Source of the DNA: Dehalococcoidia bacterium
Lineage (GTDB): Bacteria > Chloroflexota > Dehalococcoidia > GIF9 > AB-539-J10
DNA: 64,000 nucleotides
Direction: 5' to 3'
Assembly (NCBI GenBank): GCA_049586675.1
Contig: JBAVCL010000033.1
Location: 15,336 to 79,335, forward strand
Below, piece after piece: positions 1-9,133 of the stretch. The position numbers and the translations under genes are program-made. Every line of letters starts with the position of its first letter. Within the stretch, counting starts at the first letter, position 1. The notes below the pieces were generated by a model that was not told where the DNA came from, ran no database searches, and was given only the letters and a program-made list of their open reading frames with translations.

Positions 1-2000
1 AACTCCCGGTCAGAATGAATCTCCAGGGCCAGCCATCGATCTACCCCCCAGCATTTGTAGACATTGTGCGGGCAGTAAAAGGGATGCCTGTTCCCTATGC
101 GCTCCTGAATTTGGCCGGTCATCTCATAACCCAGCAAAACTTCTCCGATTAGAGAGCTTACCCCTTCGCACTGAGAAAAATCAATGAACTGACCTTGGCC
201 CGTTTGATGACGATGATTAAGGGCGGCCAGGCAGACAAAGGCCAAGGTAATCCCGTTCATCAAGTCCGCATCACCGGGTGTGCCATGGGTGGGATGGCTT
301 TCGGGATAACCGGAGATATAGGCCAGTCCTCCAATGGCCTGGTGGATGGTGGCAAAACCTAGGTAGTCTGTATGAGGCCCGCCATATCCCCGGCTGGAGA
401 GAGTAGCGACAATGATATCCTTCTTAACCTGTTGCAGGTCTTTGTATCCCAGACCCAGTTTCTCCATAGCCCCGGGCCGCATATTATCAATAACCAGGTC
501 GCTTATGGTCACCAGCTGCCTGGCGACCTGAACGCCCTCGGGCTTGCTCAAGTCCAGAGTAAGGCTCTTTTTGTTCAGGTTGACCGTAATGTAACCCAGG
601 CCCTGGTTGGGACGTACTTTGGTTGGAATCGGATCCGACAGAGGCCAGACAACTGATCTCCTGCTAAGATCAGACCTCTTGTGTCCTTCAATCTTGATCA
701 CCTCTGCTCCCAAATCAGCCAGGACACGGCAGGAGTAAGGTCCGGCCCAAACCCAACTGAAATCAAGGACCCGAACCCCTTCCAAAGGGAGCCGAGGGAT
801 TTTGGCCGGACCTGGTTTGGCCGAAGGTTCTTTAGTATGTTTTTTAAGTATGGATTCAAGGATCTCTTGATTATGCTGCCCCAGAAGCGGGGCCGGTCTT
901 TCTATTCGGGGAGGTGAAGACGTCATTCTGTAAGGCCAGCCTGGATAGGTATATTTCCCTGCCACGGGGTGTTCAACTTCAATAAAATATCCCCGCGCTT
1001 TATACTGCTCATTTTCCCGCAGGTCACGGGCTGTATTAAAAGGGCCGATCGGGATTCCGGCTTTGGCGGCTTTATGATGTATATCATCCTTTTTCTGCTG
1101 TTTCATCCAGGCGTTCATCATCGGCGCAATATCCATCAGGTGGTTCATGCGATAATAACGATCATCCCATTTATCGCTAGAGACCCAGTCCGGTTTGCCC
1201 ATCAACTCCCTGAAAGCCCTGAAGTGGTGGTCATCGGCCGCCCCCAGTACCACGTAGCCATCACTCGTCTCCATACGGCCCATGGCCGGTGGTCTGTCCG
1301 GAACCCTGCGCCAGGTAGTGCCATGATAACGCGTGCTGGCCAAAACCGGACTAACCAAGGCCAGCATAACCTCTTCCAGCGAGATATCAATCAATCTTCC
1401 GGTTTTGTCTTCCTGACGGCCTAAAAACACGGCCATGCTTGTCAGGGCGGCGACAAGACCGCCATGATACCCGGCAAAGTAACCACCTAGTTTTACGGGG
1501 GGGAGATCAATATCCTCTGAGCGAGCGGGCAGAAGGTTGGCCAGGGCTCCACCATGGGAGATGGTTAGCTCATCACCCTTAAACTTGGATCTCGGCCCGG
1601 TCCGACCAAATGGGGTAATAGATGTATAGATAAGGCCTGGATTGAGACTTTGAAGATGATTCCAGCCCAAACCTTTTCTTTCAAGGTCATCAGCCTGATG
1701 ATTATCAATCAGAATATCTGCCCATTGGACCAGTTTTTCAAACTGTTTGCGATCTTTGCTTTGTTCTAAGTCCAATGTAACTCCTTTTTTATTCGTATTA
1801 AGATAAAGAAACAGGGCACTTTTTTCAGGATGGGCCTGATCATTGGGAAAAGGGCCATATAAACGGCTCGGATCCCCCTGTGGTGGTTCAATTTTAATGA
1901 CTTCGGCCCCCATATCAGCAAAGAGTTTTCCACAATACGGTCCTGAGACCTCCCGTGCGTATTCCAGGACTCTGAGATTGTCCAGAGCTTTTGGAGCCAT
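1..2000 (-). CDS. Family III CoA-transferase (CaiB/BaiF type), tandem two-domain fusion; ATG at 1998-2000; 3' end lies beyond the window start
   Basis: I translated the reverse complement by eye: MAPKALDNLRVLEYAREVSGPYCGKLFADMGAEVIKIEPPQGDPSR... A second domain begins ...GVRVLDFSWVWAGPYSCRVLADLGAEVIKIEGHKRSDLSRR... AGGAGG RBS lies 6 nt upstream of the ATG. No minus-strand stop-delimited ORF appears in the track for this frame, consistent with an open frame to the edge. Plus-strand track ORFs 372..1424 are antisense and spurious. Confidence 0.75.
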   Translation of the reverse strand, partial: MAPKALDNLRVLEYAREVSGPYCGKLFADMGAEVIKIEPPQGDPSRLYGPFPNDQAHPEKSALFLYLNTNKKGVTLDLEQSKDRKQFEKLVQWADILIDNHQADDLERKGLGWNHLQSLNPGLIYTSITPFGRTGPRSKFKGDELTISHGGALANLLPARSEDIDLPPVKLGGYFAGYHGGLVAALTSMAVFLGRQEDKTGRLIDISLEEVMLALVSPVLASTRYHGTTWRRVPDRPPAMGRMETSDGYVVLGAADDHHFRAFRELMGKPDWVSSDKWDDRYYRMNHLMDIAPMMNAWMKQQKKDDIHHKAAKAGIPIGPFNTARDLRENEQYKARGYFIEVEHPVAGKYTYPGWPYRMTSSPPRIERPAPLLGQHNQEILESILKKHTKEPSAKPGPAKIPRLPLEGVRVLDFSWVWAGPYSCRVLADLGAEVIKIEGHKRSDLSRRSVVWPLSDPIPTKVRPNQGLGYITVNLNKKSLTLDLSKPEGVQVARQLVTISDLVIDNMRPGAMEKLGLGYKDLQQVKKDIIVATLSSRGYGGPHTDYLGFATIHQAIGGLAYISGYPESHPTHGTPGDADLMNGITLAFVCLAALNHRHQTGQGQFIDFSQCEGVSSLIGEVLLGYEMTGQIQERIGNRHPFYCPHNVYKCWGVDRWLALEIHSDRE

Positions 2001-2039
2001 AGACTTCCTCCTTAAGTAACCCGTATAGTATAGATGGGG

Positions 2040-2258
2040 CTATTTGTTGGTTGCAGTTGTCATAATAATCGTTATTGTGGCACTTGCCGACGAATTAGTC
2101 GCTCCAATTTGGCTGGTAGTTGCCTCATTATCAGGAATGCCATTATCTGCTGGTGAAGTATCAGACACTACTACAGGTAAGCCAGCTAGTATCACTACCA
2201 AGCAACCAAAACGATTAGCCTTTTCACTTCTGCTACCTCTCAACCCTGTTGCAGCCAA
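2040..2258 (-). CDS. Hypothetical small Thr/Ser-rich protein (72 aa) immediately upstream of the CoA-transferase on the same strand
   Basis: Track ORF ends 40 nt before the CoA-transferase start. Low-complexity composition, no recognisable motif. Overlapping plus-strand ORF 2044..2400 is equally unconvincing. Confidence 0.2.
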   Translation of the reverse strand: MAATGLRGSRSEKANRFGCLVVILAGLPVVVSDTSPADNGIPDNEATTSQIGATNSSASATITIIMTTATNK

Positions 2259-2716
2259 GAATACAGCAAGTCAGAAACATTGCTTTCATTGGCGCCTAAT
2301 AATATCCATAGTAAGCCAACTAGCGGGCACAGTCAATACCGCTATTTCACACAAAAGTCAATATTGTTTAAAGCAAAGGGCACCGGCCTTCGGAGGCTGA
2401 GACTGGCGTGGAATTTCTATCCTGCCGAGATGAGACCCCACGTGCCGACACCATGAGTGGTTACACGTGGTCACAACTGCCAAAATTTACGGTAAGTGAG
2501 TAGTTAAGCGTTAAAGTCTGAGAGGAAAAGCGTCAGGCCTCCACTCCTCGTACTCAGTCTTGCAGGGCAGTTAGCAAGTTTTGATAGCATTTTTAACAGC
2601 AGCATTAAGAGAAACGGCAGGAAACCCAAAATCTTAGCCCCGGTGTAAGGTGATTTTCGTCTCCGATTGCCTCAAAGGTATTTGCAAGGTACAATAGTGA
2701 TTATTTTGCAACTTCC

Positions 2717-4165
2717 ATGAAATTTAAACTGGATTATAAATGGGTTGTGTTGACGGTTACGACCGTAGGCGGATTTATGGCTAGTCTGGACTCAACCATT
2801 GTGGTGATAGGGCTCCCCACAATCTTGCAGGATTTGCATGCCACTATTGTTCATGGCATATGGATAATAACTGGATACGCCCTCATGATAACCATACTTT
2901 TAATTCTGCTCGGCCGCTTGGCAGATATGTACGGAAGGGTCAGACTCTACAACATAGGATTTGCAGTTTTCACTGTGGGTTCGCTCTGTTGTGCTTTATC
3001 CAGAACTGGTGAGCAACTGGTTTTATTTCGGTTTCTTCAAGGCACAGGTGCCGCCTTCCTAACTGCCAATAGTGTGGCTATTATTACCGATGCCTTCCCT
3101 CCGGGTGAGCTCGGTATGGCACTGGGAACAAACATGATGGCTTTTACCGTGGGAGCTGTCGCCGGTTATACTCTCAGCGGGGTTATGATAACGCTATTTG
3201 GGTGGAGGTCAATATTCCTCATTAATGTACCTGTAGGAATCTTCGGTACTTTGTGGAGTTACAAGCGATTGAAGGAACTTAGCAAAAGACCTGTCGGTGA
3301 AAAGTTTGATTACGCCGGATCAATTTTTTACATTGTGGGCTTATTGGCCATCCTGGGTGCGTTAACTCTTGGTGATCCTACCTCGCTTCATAATCTACTC
3401 ATCCTCGCTGGTGGATTTGCACTATTTCTAGTGTTCATATTTGTCGAGAGAAAGCAGAGGTATCCAACTCTTGACCTCAACCTTTTCAAGATAAGGTTAT
3501 TCGCCGCAGGCAATCTAACCAGTTTCTTAAACTCTCTTGCATTCAGTTGCGGTCCTTTTCTCAGGTCCCTTTACCTTCAGCTGGTCGTAGGTTATAGTGC
3601 TTTTAAAGCAGGTGTGGTGCTTATCCCTATGGAAATAGTAGTCCTCGTTGTAAGTCCGATAAGCGGAAGACTGGCAGATAAGTACGGTGGTAGGGGATTA
3701 AGCTCTATTGGTTTAGCTTTAAACGCCTCGGCTCTATTCTGGTTCTCGAGGCTAAATGAAAAATCTACGTATAGCACAATATTGATTAGCCTAGTTTTGT
3801 TCGGTTTGGGAAGGGCACTATTTATATCTCCAAACTCAAGCTCCGTAATGGGTTCGGTGCCCGCTGAAAGGCGTGGAGTGGCCAACGGAGTTAGAATGAC
3901 CCTGAACATGACGGGGGGTGTCATCAGTGTACCGCTATCTCTCCTCCTGATGACTTTGGTCATGCCTTACGATAGGCTTTCCCAGATAGTTAGCAGCTCT
4001 CAGCTCATAAGTTCAGATGAGCTCTCCACATTCTTGCACGCCATAAATCATGCCTGCCTGATTCTTGGCATAATCATATTAATTGCCATCGTACCCTCTT
4101 TGCTGAGAGGCCCGCGTACAGCCCCAGCTAAGGTACCCAGACCCGGCAGTAGCCAGGGAGCTTAA
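2717..4165 (+). CDS. MFS transporter, DHA2/EmrB-like drug:H+ antiporter (about 14 TMS)
   Basis: 482 aa. N-terminal MFS signature region GRLADMYGRVRLYNIGFAVFTVGSLCCAL. Multiple hydrophobic helices. TAA stop. Confidence 0.85.
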   Translation: MKFKLDYKWVVLTVTTVGGFMASLDSTIVVIGLPTILQDLHATIVHGIWIITGYALMITILLILLGRLADMYGRVRLYNIGFAVFTVGSLCCALSRTGEQLVLFRFLQGTGAAFLTANSVAIITDAFPPGELGMALGTNMMAFTVGAVAGYTLSGVMITLFGWRSIFLINVPVGIFGTLWSYKRLKELSKRPVGEKFDYAGSIFYIVGLLAILGALTLGDPTSLHNLLILAGGFALFLVFIFVERKQRYPTLDLNLFKIRLFAAGNLTSFLNSLAFSCGPFLRSLYLQLVVGYSAFKAGVVLIPMEIVVLVVSPISGRLADKYGGRGLSSIGLALNASALFWFSRLNEKSTYSTILISLVLFGLGRALFISPNSSSVMGSVPAERRGVANGVRMTLNMTGGVISVPLSLLLMTLVMPYDRLSQIVSSSQLISSDELSTFLHAINHACLILGIIILIAIVPSLLRGPRTAPAKVPRPGSSQGA

Positions 4166-4408
4166 GATTGCAACCGGTTTTCCATGTTTAGGATGGTCCG
4201 AGCAACCGCGAATTGACCAAAGGCGATGAAACTAACCAAATTGCTCAAGCTAAACAATCTGGATTGTGGGAACGCAATAACGCAGAACTCTTACCGTTTT
4301 GGGTGCGTGTTTAATGTGGCATGGTCACAATAGAACATTCCCATTTTGTGCAATGAGGTAACAAAACAGACTTCTGTTAATTATTTAAAGAGATCGAGAT
4401 GAATGGCT

Positions 4409-4540
4409 CATTTGTATGCTTCTTTTGCTGTTCACCTTCAATTCATGTTGTGTTCATATTATTGTGCTAAGCTTAATTTGCATTGGCGAGAGACTAACTG
4501 GGAAATGAAAGGAGATGTACGTATCCAGTATAGGAGACTG
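4409..4540 (+). promoter_or_regulatory. Conserved leader/promoter module, copy A, upstream of htpX; ends in a decayed 8-codon ORF MYVSSIGD*
   Basis: About 130 nt with about 70-75% identity to 19063..19195. The shared core is tgtgttcat[a/g]ttatt..taa..tt.atttgca.tg....gacta. -35/-10-like TTCACC...TATTAT. AGGAG then ATG TAC at 4515. Confidence 0.5.
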
Positions 4541-4696
4541 ATATAGCATCCGAGGAGAAAACATATCCCCAACAGTAGAATAGGATAGAAAGGAAGATAA
4601 GTGAGGATTGTGTTTCGGAGGGCAATACGAAATCTGATTCGGATTCGCCGCCGCACAGGTGCGATTGTAAGCAATCTCGGGGAGGGATTTTAGAAT

Positions 4697-5659
4697 ATGT
4701 GGCTTAAAATTAGAATGTATTTGTTGGTTGCTGTTCTTTTTGGTATCCTCTATGGTGTAATCGTCGGTGTGGGCACCTGGCTGGGAATAGGCGGTGTGAT
4801 ACCCTATTTAATCCTAGCCTTCGTTTTCTTGGGTATCCAGTATCTGGTTGGGCCCTCGCTAGTTGCCTGGACGATGAAGGTGAAATGGGTCTCGGAAAAG
4901 GAAGCACCAGAATTGCACCAGATAGTAGCTGAGCTTGCTGAAAGCGCCCATTTGCCTAAGCCCAAAGTCGGTATCTCTGAAATAAACATACCGAACGCGT
5001 TTGCCTTTGGGCGGACACAGAGGGACGGACGAGTATGCGTCACCAGGGGAATTCTAAATATACTGAACAAGGACGAACTTAAAGCTGTGCTCGGGCATGA
5101 GATGTCTCACCTGAAGCACCGTGATATGGCCGTTATGACCCTACTATCTGCAATACCCATGGTTCTCTATTATCTCGCTTTTAGTCTGATGTGGGGCGGC
5201 ACTGTTAGTAATCGGCGGCAGGGAGGTAGCTATGCTGCGCTTATTGGATTCGGTGCCTTCTTCCTCTATTTCATTACTAACCTCCTGGTGCTCTACGGGT
5301 CCAGGATACGTGAATACTATGCTGACGCAGGGAGCGTTCAGTTAGGAAACCAGCCACACCAGCTGGCTACCGCTCTCTACAAACTTACCTATAACGGTGC
5401 ACGCTATAAGGGCAAGGCAGAACTGAAGAAGGTTGAAGCAGTAAAGACTTTCTTCGTTAATGACCCTAGCCGGGCCTGGTACGAAGTCCAGGAGCTTTCC
5501 CAGATTGATCGGGGCAAGAAAGGCGTAATCACCTATGATGACCTGGCTGATCTTCGTCAAAAGCAGGTACGTCTGAGCCTTGGCCAGAGATTAGCCGAGC
5601 TTTTCACGACTCATCCCAATATGCTTAAAAGGGTAAGACAACTCTCTACTCTTATTTGA
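4697..5659 (+). CDS. htpX: HtpX-like membrane zinc metalloprotease (peptidase M48)
   Basis: 320 aa. HEMSH (HExxH) motif in LGHEMSHLKHRDM. N-terminal TM helices. TGA stop. Confidence 0.85.
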   Translation: MWLKIRMYLLVAVLFGILYGVIVGVGTWLGIGGVIPYLILAFVFLGIQYLVGPSLVAWTMKVKWVSEKEAPELHQIVAELAESAHLPKPKVGISEINIPNAFAFGRTQRDGRVCVTRGILNILNKDELKAVLGHEMSHLKHRDMAVMTLLSAIPMVLYYLAFSLMWGGTVSNRRQGGSYAALIGFGAFFLYFITNLLVLYGSRIREYYADAGSVQLGNQPHQLATALYKLTYNGARYKGKAELKKVEAVKTFFVNDPSRAWYEVQELSQIDRGKKGVITYDDLADLRQKQVRLSLGQRLAELFTTHPNMLKRVRQLSTLI

Positions 5660-5908
5660 AGAGGTTACTAAACAAACACTAGCCGTGGCTTATTATACAT
5701 TGCGCTAAAGGTGCAGTGTAGCCTTGATTAACAATTTGCAATAGGGTGAAGTTTCTATGCCAAGCCAGATGCCATTTAGTCTTTTCTTTAGGTGTACCCG
5801 GCGGTATTGAAATTGTTATACTACGAGAAAGAACGGGATAATAAAATCTTTGTCGCACACTGGAATACTAAGGGTGGATTTTTAATAAGTACGTAGAGGC
5901 CAATATTC

Positions 5909-8875
5909 ATGGACAAAACTACTCCCGTTGGTTGGCACAGATTGGTTGAAGGTTATCCCTGGTTTTCCGCACCAGACAAGTATCCAATAACTGCTTACTC
6001 CGAATTTATGCCCCCACCTCGACTTGGAAGGCGTCCTTATGGTGAGGCAGATTTTTCTCTGTTTGTCGATGACGATGCCTTTGGTTGGAATGTATCAGAA
6101 ATAGAAGAGACGTACGAACTTCAACCGGGTTTAATAAATCTTGCACATCAAATTATGAGTGAGATTGTTGAGCTCGGGCGTGGTCAACCCGCCCATCGCA
6201 TTGCTGGTCATCAGAGACGCAACTTGAGCAATAATCCATATTGGCCTCCGGAACTGGCAACACAAGCTGGTAAACTCACCTGTGAACAATACGTGGTCTT
6301 CCTCCCCCTGGCATTGTCTAAAACCCAGGATGATAAAGGTCGTACCCGCTGGACATTCTTTGGGGGGAGCGAACAGGGACCAGAAAAGGCTTTCTAGAAG
6401 AGTTTTTATCAAAGTCTGCTGCAGGAGACTCCATCTAATGAAGCAATTGATTTCCTGCGTTTTTTAATTTCAACAGTATATAAGGAAGAATGTGCCGACG
6501 CGTCCGAACTTTATCAAATCGGTTTCCGCATTCTTCCTACACTAACTAACGAGCGCTTTGCTTACTGGAATGATAATCAATTGCCTTCGTGGGTGCATCC
6601 TTTTCTTTGGGATGAGAAAAGTTCTCTTGACGGCGTCCGATTTGTTCTCACATTCAGACCATTTTCGCTATTACCAGCAGCTTTACGTGAGAGATACTTG
6701 GCAGGACAAATCATGCTATTACCTTTTCCCGGCAGTCTGGTTTTTTGGGGGATGGGAGCTTATATAAGGTTACAAGAAGAGTTAGCTCTAGCGATGCAAT
6801 TGCCATTACAGAGGTTGGTAGCCCGCCATAGCGGGTTGCAGGGGATTAAAGTTCCCCAGTCTGGATGGTTCCATGAGCCGGGCTTTACCAGGAAACCAGT
6901 TGAAGTCGCTGAAAACCTGTTGCTTAACACCTATAGACGAAGTCATCGTTGGGATAGAATTGAACGTTTCGAAGATGAAATAATTAGAAGTGTTGTCGAG
7001 GACCCAATCGGGCGTACCCTCTTTAGCACTGATTTGGATATTCTTAAATTGTATAACAAACCCATGGCCAGGAATGGCCAACTGTGGACGGAAGGCTCGC
7101 ATTTACTACTGGATGGACCTAATGCAAGCCACGACGATTTAGAAAAAGCGGCTCTCGCGGTTGCTGGTGGTGGAAATTTTCGCTATCGTATCCAATTTCC
7201 GGCGATGCGGGTAGGACTTTACGAAGTTTACTGGCAACGACCTGTGATTGCATATTGGCAGCCAGAGGTAGGTGTGAAGTTGCTTCCTAATAGATTATAT
7301 GGCTATTTCACTGCCTATAAAGCCGATAAACCTGATCCGGTTACTCCCATTGAACTTTGGCTTCGTTTGCTAGACCGTAAGCCTTATCAATGGGCTCTGC
7401 GTAATTTTAACCACCTTAGGGAACACTATCAACACCAGACCGCTTTGAACATCGTGAGATTGCTGGATGTGTGCCGGCGTTGGGAAGATAAGCCCTTACC
7501 GAGAGACATGGCACGCAAGATTTTGCGACTACCAGAACAAGAAGCGCTTGATTCATGGTTAACTTCGCTACCCTCAAGAGCCAGTAACCATGAGGAAGGA
7601 GAAGAGCTACGTCAAGAACTCGAACAGTACCTCGAACCGGCTACAAAATGTGAAACGTATGCTGCGTTATTGAAAGAAACGCCGGTATCTCTAGTTCAGC
7701 ATACGAAGCCTTTGACATTCGTTTTTTCAGCAACACGCACTTTTGAAGAGGCATGGTGGCAGGATATTTATACGTTGGCCCATGGTGAATATAGCAATAA
7801 GAATAATGCTGATTGTGTTCAAGATTCCGCAACTCTCGCTCAGTTGGAACATAAGCATCGCGATCTGGAGGCTCTCGCTGAATATTTATTGAGTCGCCAC
7901 TGGCGGGCTGTTGTCTCTACAGGAATGGAAGACCTGGTGAAACTCGGAGAATTGCGATTTCATTGGAAAACCGACTTCGATTTCGCCAATTTTGGTGGTT
8001 GGAAAAATAATCAAGAAGGGCATACCTATGAACGTAATTTAATAGTGATAATTCCCGGAAAAAATCATAACGAGGCTGTAGTTATGGCTGACCACTATGA
8101 TACGGCATACATGGAGGATGTCTATGACAAGTCACGGGGAGGCACTGGGGCCAGAATAGCCGCTCCCGGAGCCGATGATAATCATTCATCCACAGCGACT
8201 TTGCTAGAGGCCACACCTATTTTTCTTAAATTGTCGAAACAGGGATTATTGGAAAGTGATGTCTGGCTGGTTCACCTCACTGGTGAAGAATTTCCAGCAG
8301 ACTGTCTGGGATCCAGAACGCTAGCCCAAGCCTTGGTTGAACGAAGGCTTTATTTGCGATCGAGAATAGGTGAGACCATAAATCTTTCTGGTACCCATAT
8401 TATGGGGGCATTCATTATGGATATGATTGGTCATAATTTTGATTTCGCTAAGGATATTTTTCAAATATCGCCGGGCAAAGGTCGAAGCTCCTTACAGCTC
8501 GCAAGGCAGGCTCTCTATGCAAATTACTTGTGGAACGTAGGAGTGGTGGAATGGAACAGCAATCTAACACGCAAAGGACGAGGAAGAAGCCAACGTAATT
8601 CTAATGACATGCCGCGGTTAGCTGAGCACATTCAAGTACACGGCGAAATTCGGCTCATCGAAGATCCAGAGAGTTCGCTATATAACACAGACGGTCAGAT
8701 TTTCTCTGATTGTGGGATACCGGTAGTTCTCATAATGGAAAATTATGACATTAATCGAAATGGCTATCATGATAAGCAGGATACCATAAGAAACATCGAT
8801 TTGGACTATGGCTCCGCACTGGCTTCGATTGTAATAGAGACAGTTGCGAGAGTAGCGAACTCTCCTAAATTATGA
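5909..8875 (+). pseudogene. Large cytoplasmic protein with an unrecognised N-terminal region of about 650 aa and a C-terminal M28-family Zn aminopeptidase domain; 989-codon frame interrupted by one in-frame TAG at 6395..6397
   Basis: ORFs 5909..6397 and 6581..8875 are in the same frame. The 61 codons between the TAG and the TTG at 6581 contain no further stop (…GPEKAF*KSFYQSLLQETPSNEAIDFLRF…LPSWVHPFLW…). M28 ligand pattern in the C-terminal domain: ADHYDTAY, GADDNHSS, HLTGEEFP, IMDMIGHN. Confidence 0.6.
6581..8875 (+). CDS. Downstream segment of the interrupted gene (M28 peptidase domain protein), if expressed independently from TTG 6581
   Basis: 764-aa track ORF. M28 motifs as above. TGA stop. 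Confidence 0.55.
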   Translation: MPSWVHPFLWDEKSSLDGVRFVLTFRPFSLLPAALRERYLAGQIMLLPFPGSLVFWGMGAYIRLQEELALAMQLPLQRLVARHSGLQGIKVPQSGWFHEPGFTRKPVEVAENLLLNTYRRSHRWDRIERFEDEIIRSVVEDPIGRTLFSTDLDILKLYNKPMARNGQLWTEGSHLLLDGPNASHDDLEKAALAVAGGGNFRYRIQFPAMRVGLYEVYWQRPVIAYWQPEVGVKLLPNRLYGYFTAYKADKPDPVTPIELWLRLLDRKPYQWALRNFNHLREHYQHQTALNIVRLLDVCRRWEDKPLPRDMARKILRLPEQEALDSWLTSLPSRASNHEEGEELRQELEQYLEPATKCETYAALLKETPVSLVQHTKPLTFVFSATRTFEEAWWQDIYTLAHGEYSNKNNADCVQDSATLAQLEHKHRDLEALAEYLLSRHWRAVVSTGMEDLVKLGELRFHWKTDFDFANFGGWKNNQEGHTYERNLIVIIPGKNHNEAVVMADHYDTAYMEDVYDKSRGGTGARIAAPGADDNHSSTATLLEATPIFLKLSKQGLLESDVWLVHLTGEEFPADCLGSRTLAQALVERRLYLRSRIGETINLSGTHIMGAFIMDMIGHNFDFAKDIFQISPGKGRSSLQLARQALYANYLWNVGVVEWNSNLTRKGRGRSQRNSNDMPRLAEHIQVHGEIRLIEDPESSLYNTDGQIFSDCGIPVVLIMENYDINRNGYHDKQDTIRNIDLDYGSALASIVIETVARVANSPKL

Positions 8876-8995
8876 ACTGTTAACGACGGCCAGTATATAA
8901 GGCTACCTGTATTGTCTAGTCGCCTTTTTCAGACAACCTAACTATTCTCAGAGCATAAATACTGAACATTTCCGAGGGTTGTTCAATCCCGTAAG

Positions 8996-9025
8996 ATTGC
9001 ACAATAGTCAGAAATGTTGCGTAAC
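8996..9025 (+). repeat. 30-nt intergenic motif attgcacaatagtcagaaatgttgcgtaac (copy 1), 110 nt upstream of the CorA-like gene
   Basis: Near-identical copy at 45488..45517 (attgcacaatagtcagaattgttgggtcac). Flanking sequence is weakly similar over about 50 nt. Confidence 0.5.
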
Positions 9026-9133
9026 AAGACAAGCTTTTGTTCACCATTGAGAACGTGGACTGACCTTCGCTTAGCTTATTGATAATGTCAAGTTGTGATA
9101 GAATATGTGGCGAAATAGTTAGGAGAATACAGA

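Noticed and set aside
372-1424. Track ORFs 372..656, 681..917, 969..1424 (+) and 1202..1390 (-)
   Set aside because: Antisense or out of frame relative to the continuous CoA-transferase coding frame on the minus strand.
4440-4480. CIRCE (HrcA) element in the htpX leader because of ...ttgtgctaagc...
   Set aside because: No matching TTAGCACTC half-site at 9-nt spacing in either leader copy.
5757-5771. 15-nt exact match agccagatgccattt also at 10088
   Set aside because: A single 15-mer coincidence is expected by chance in 64 kb. No flanking similarity.
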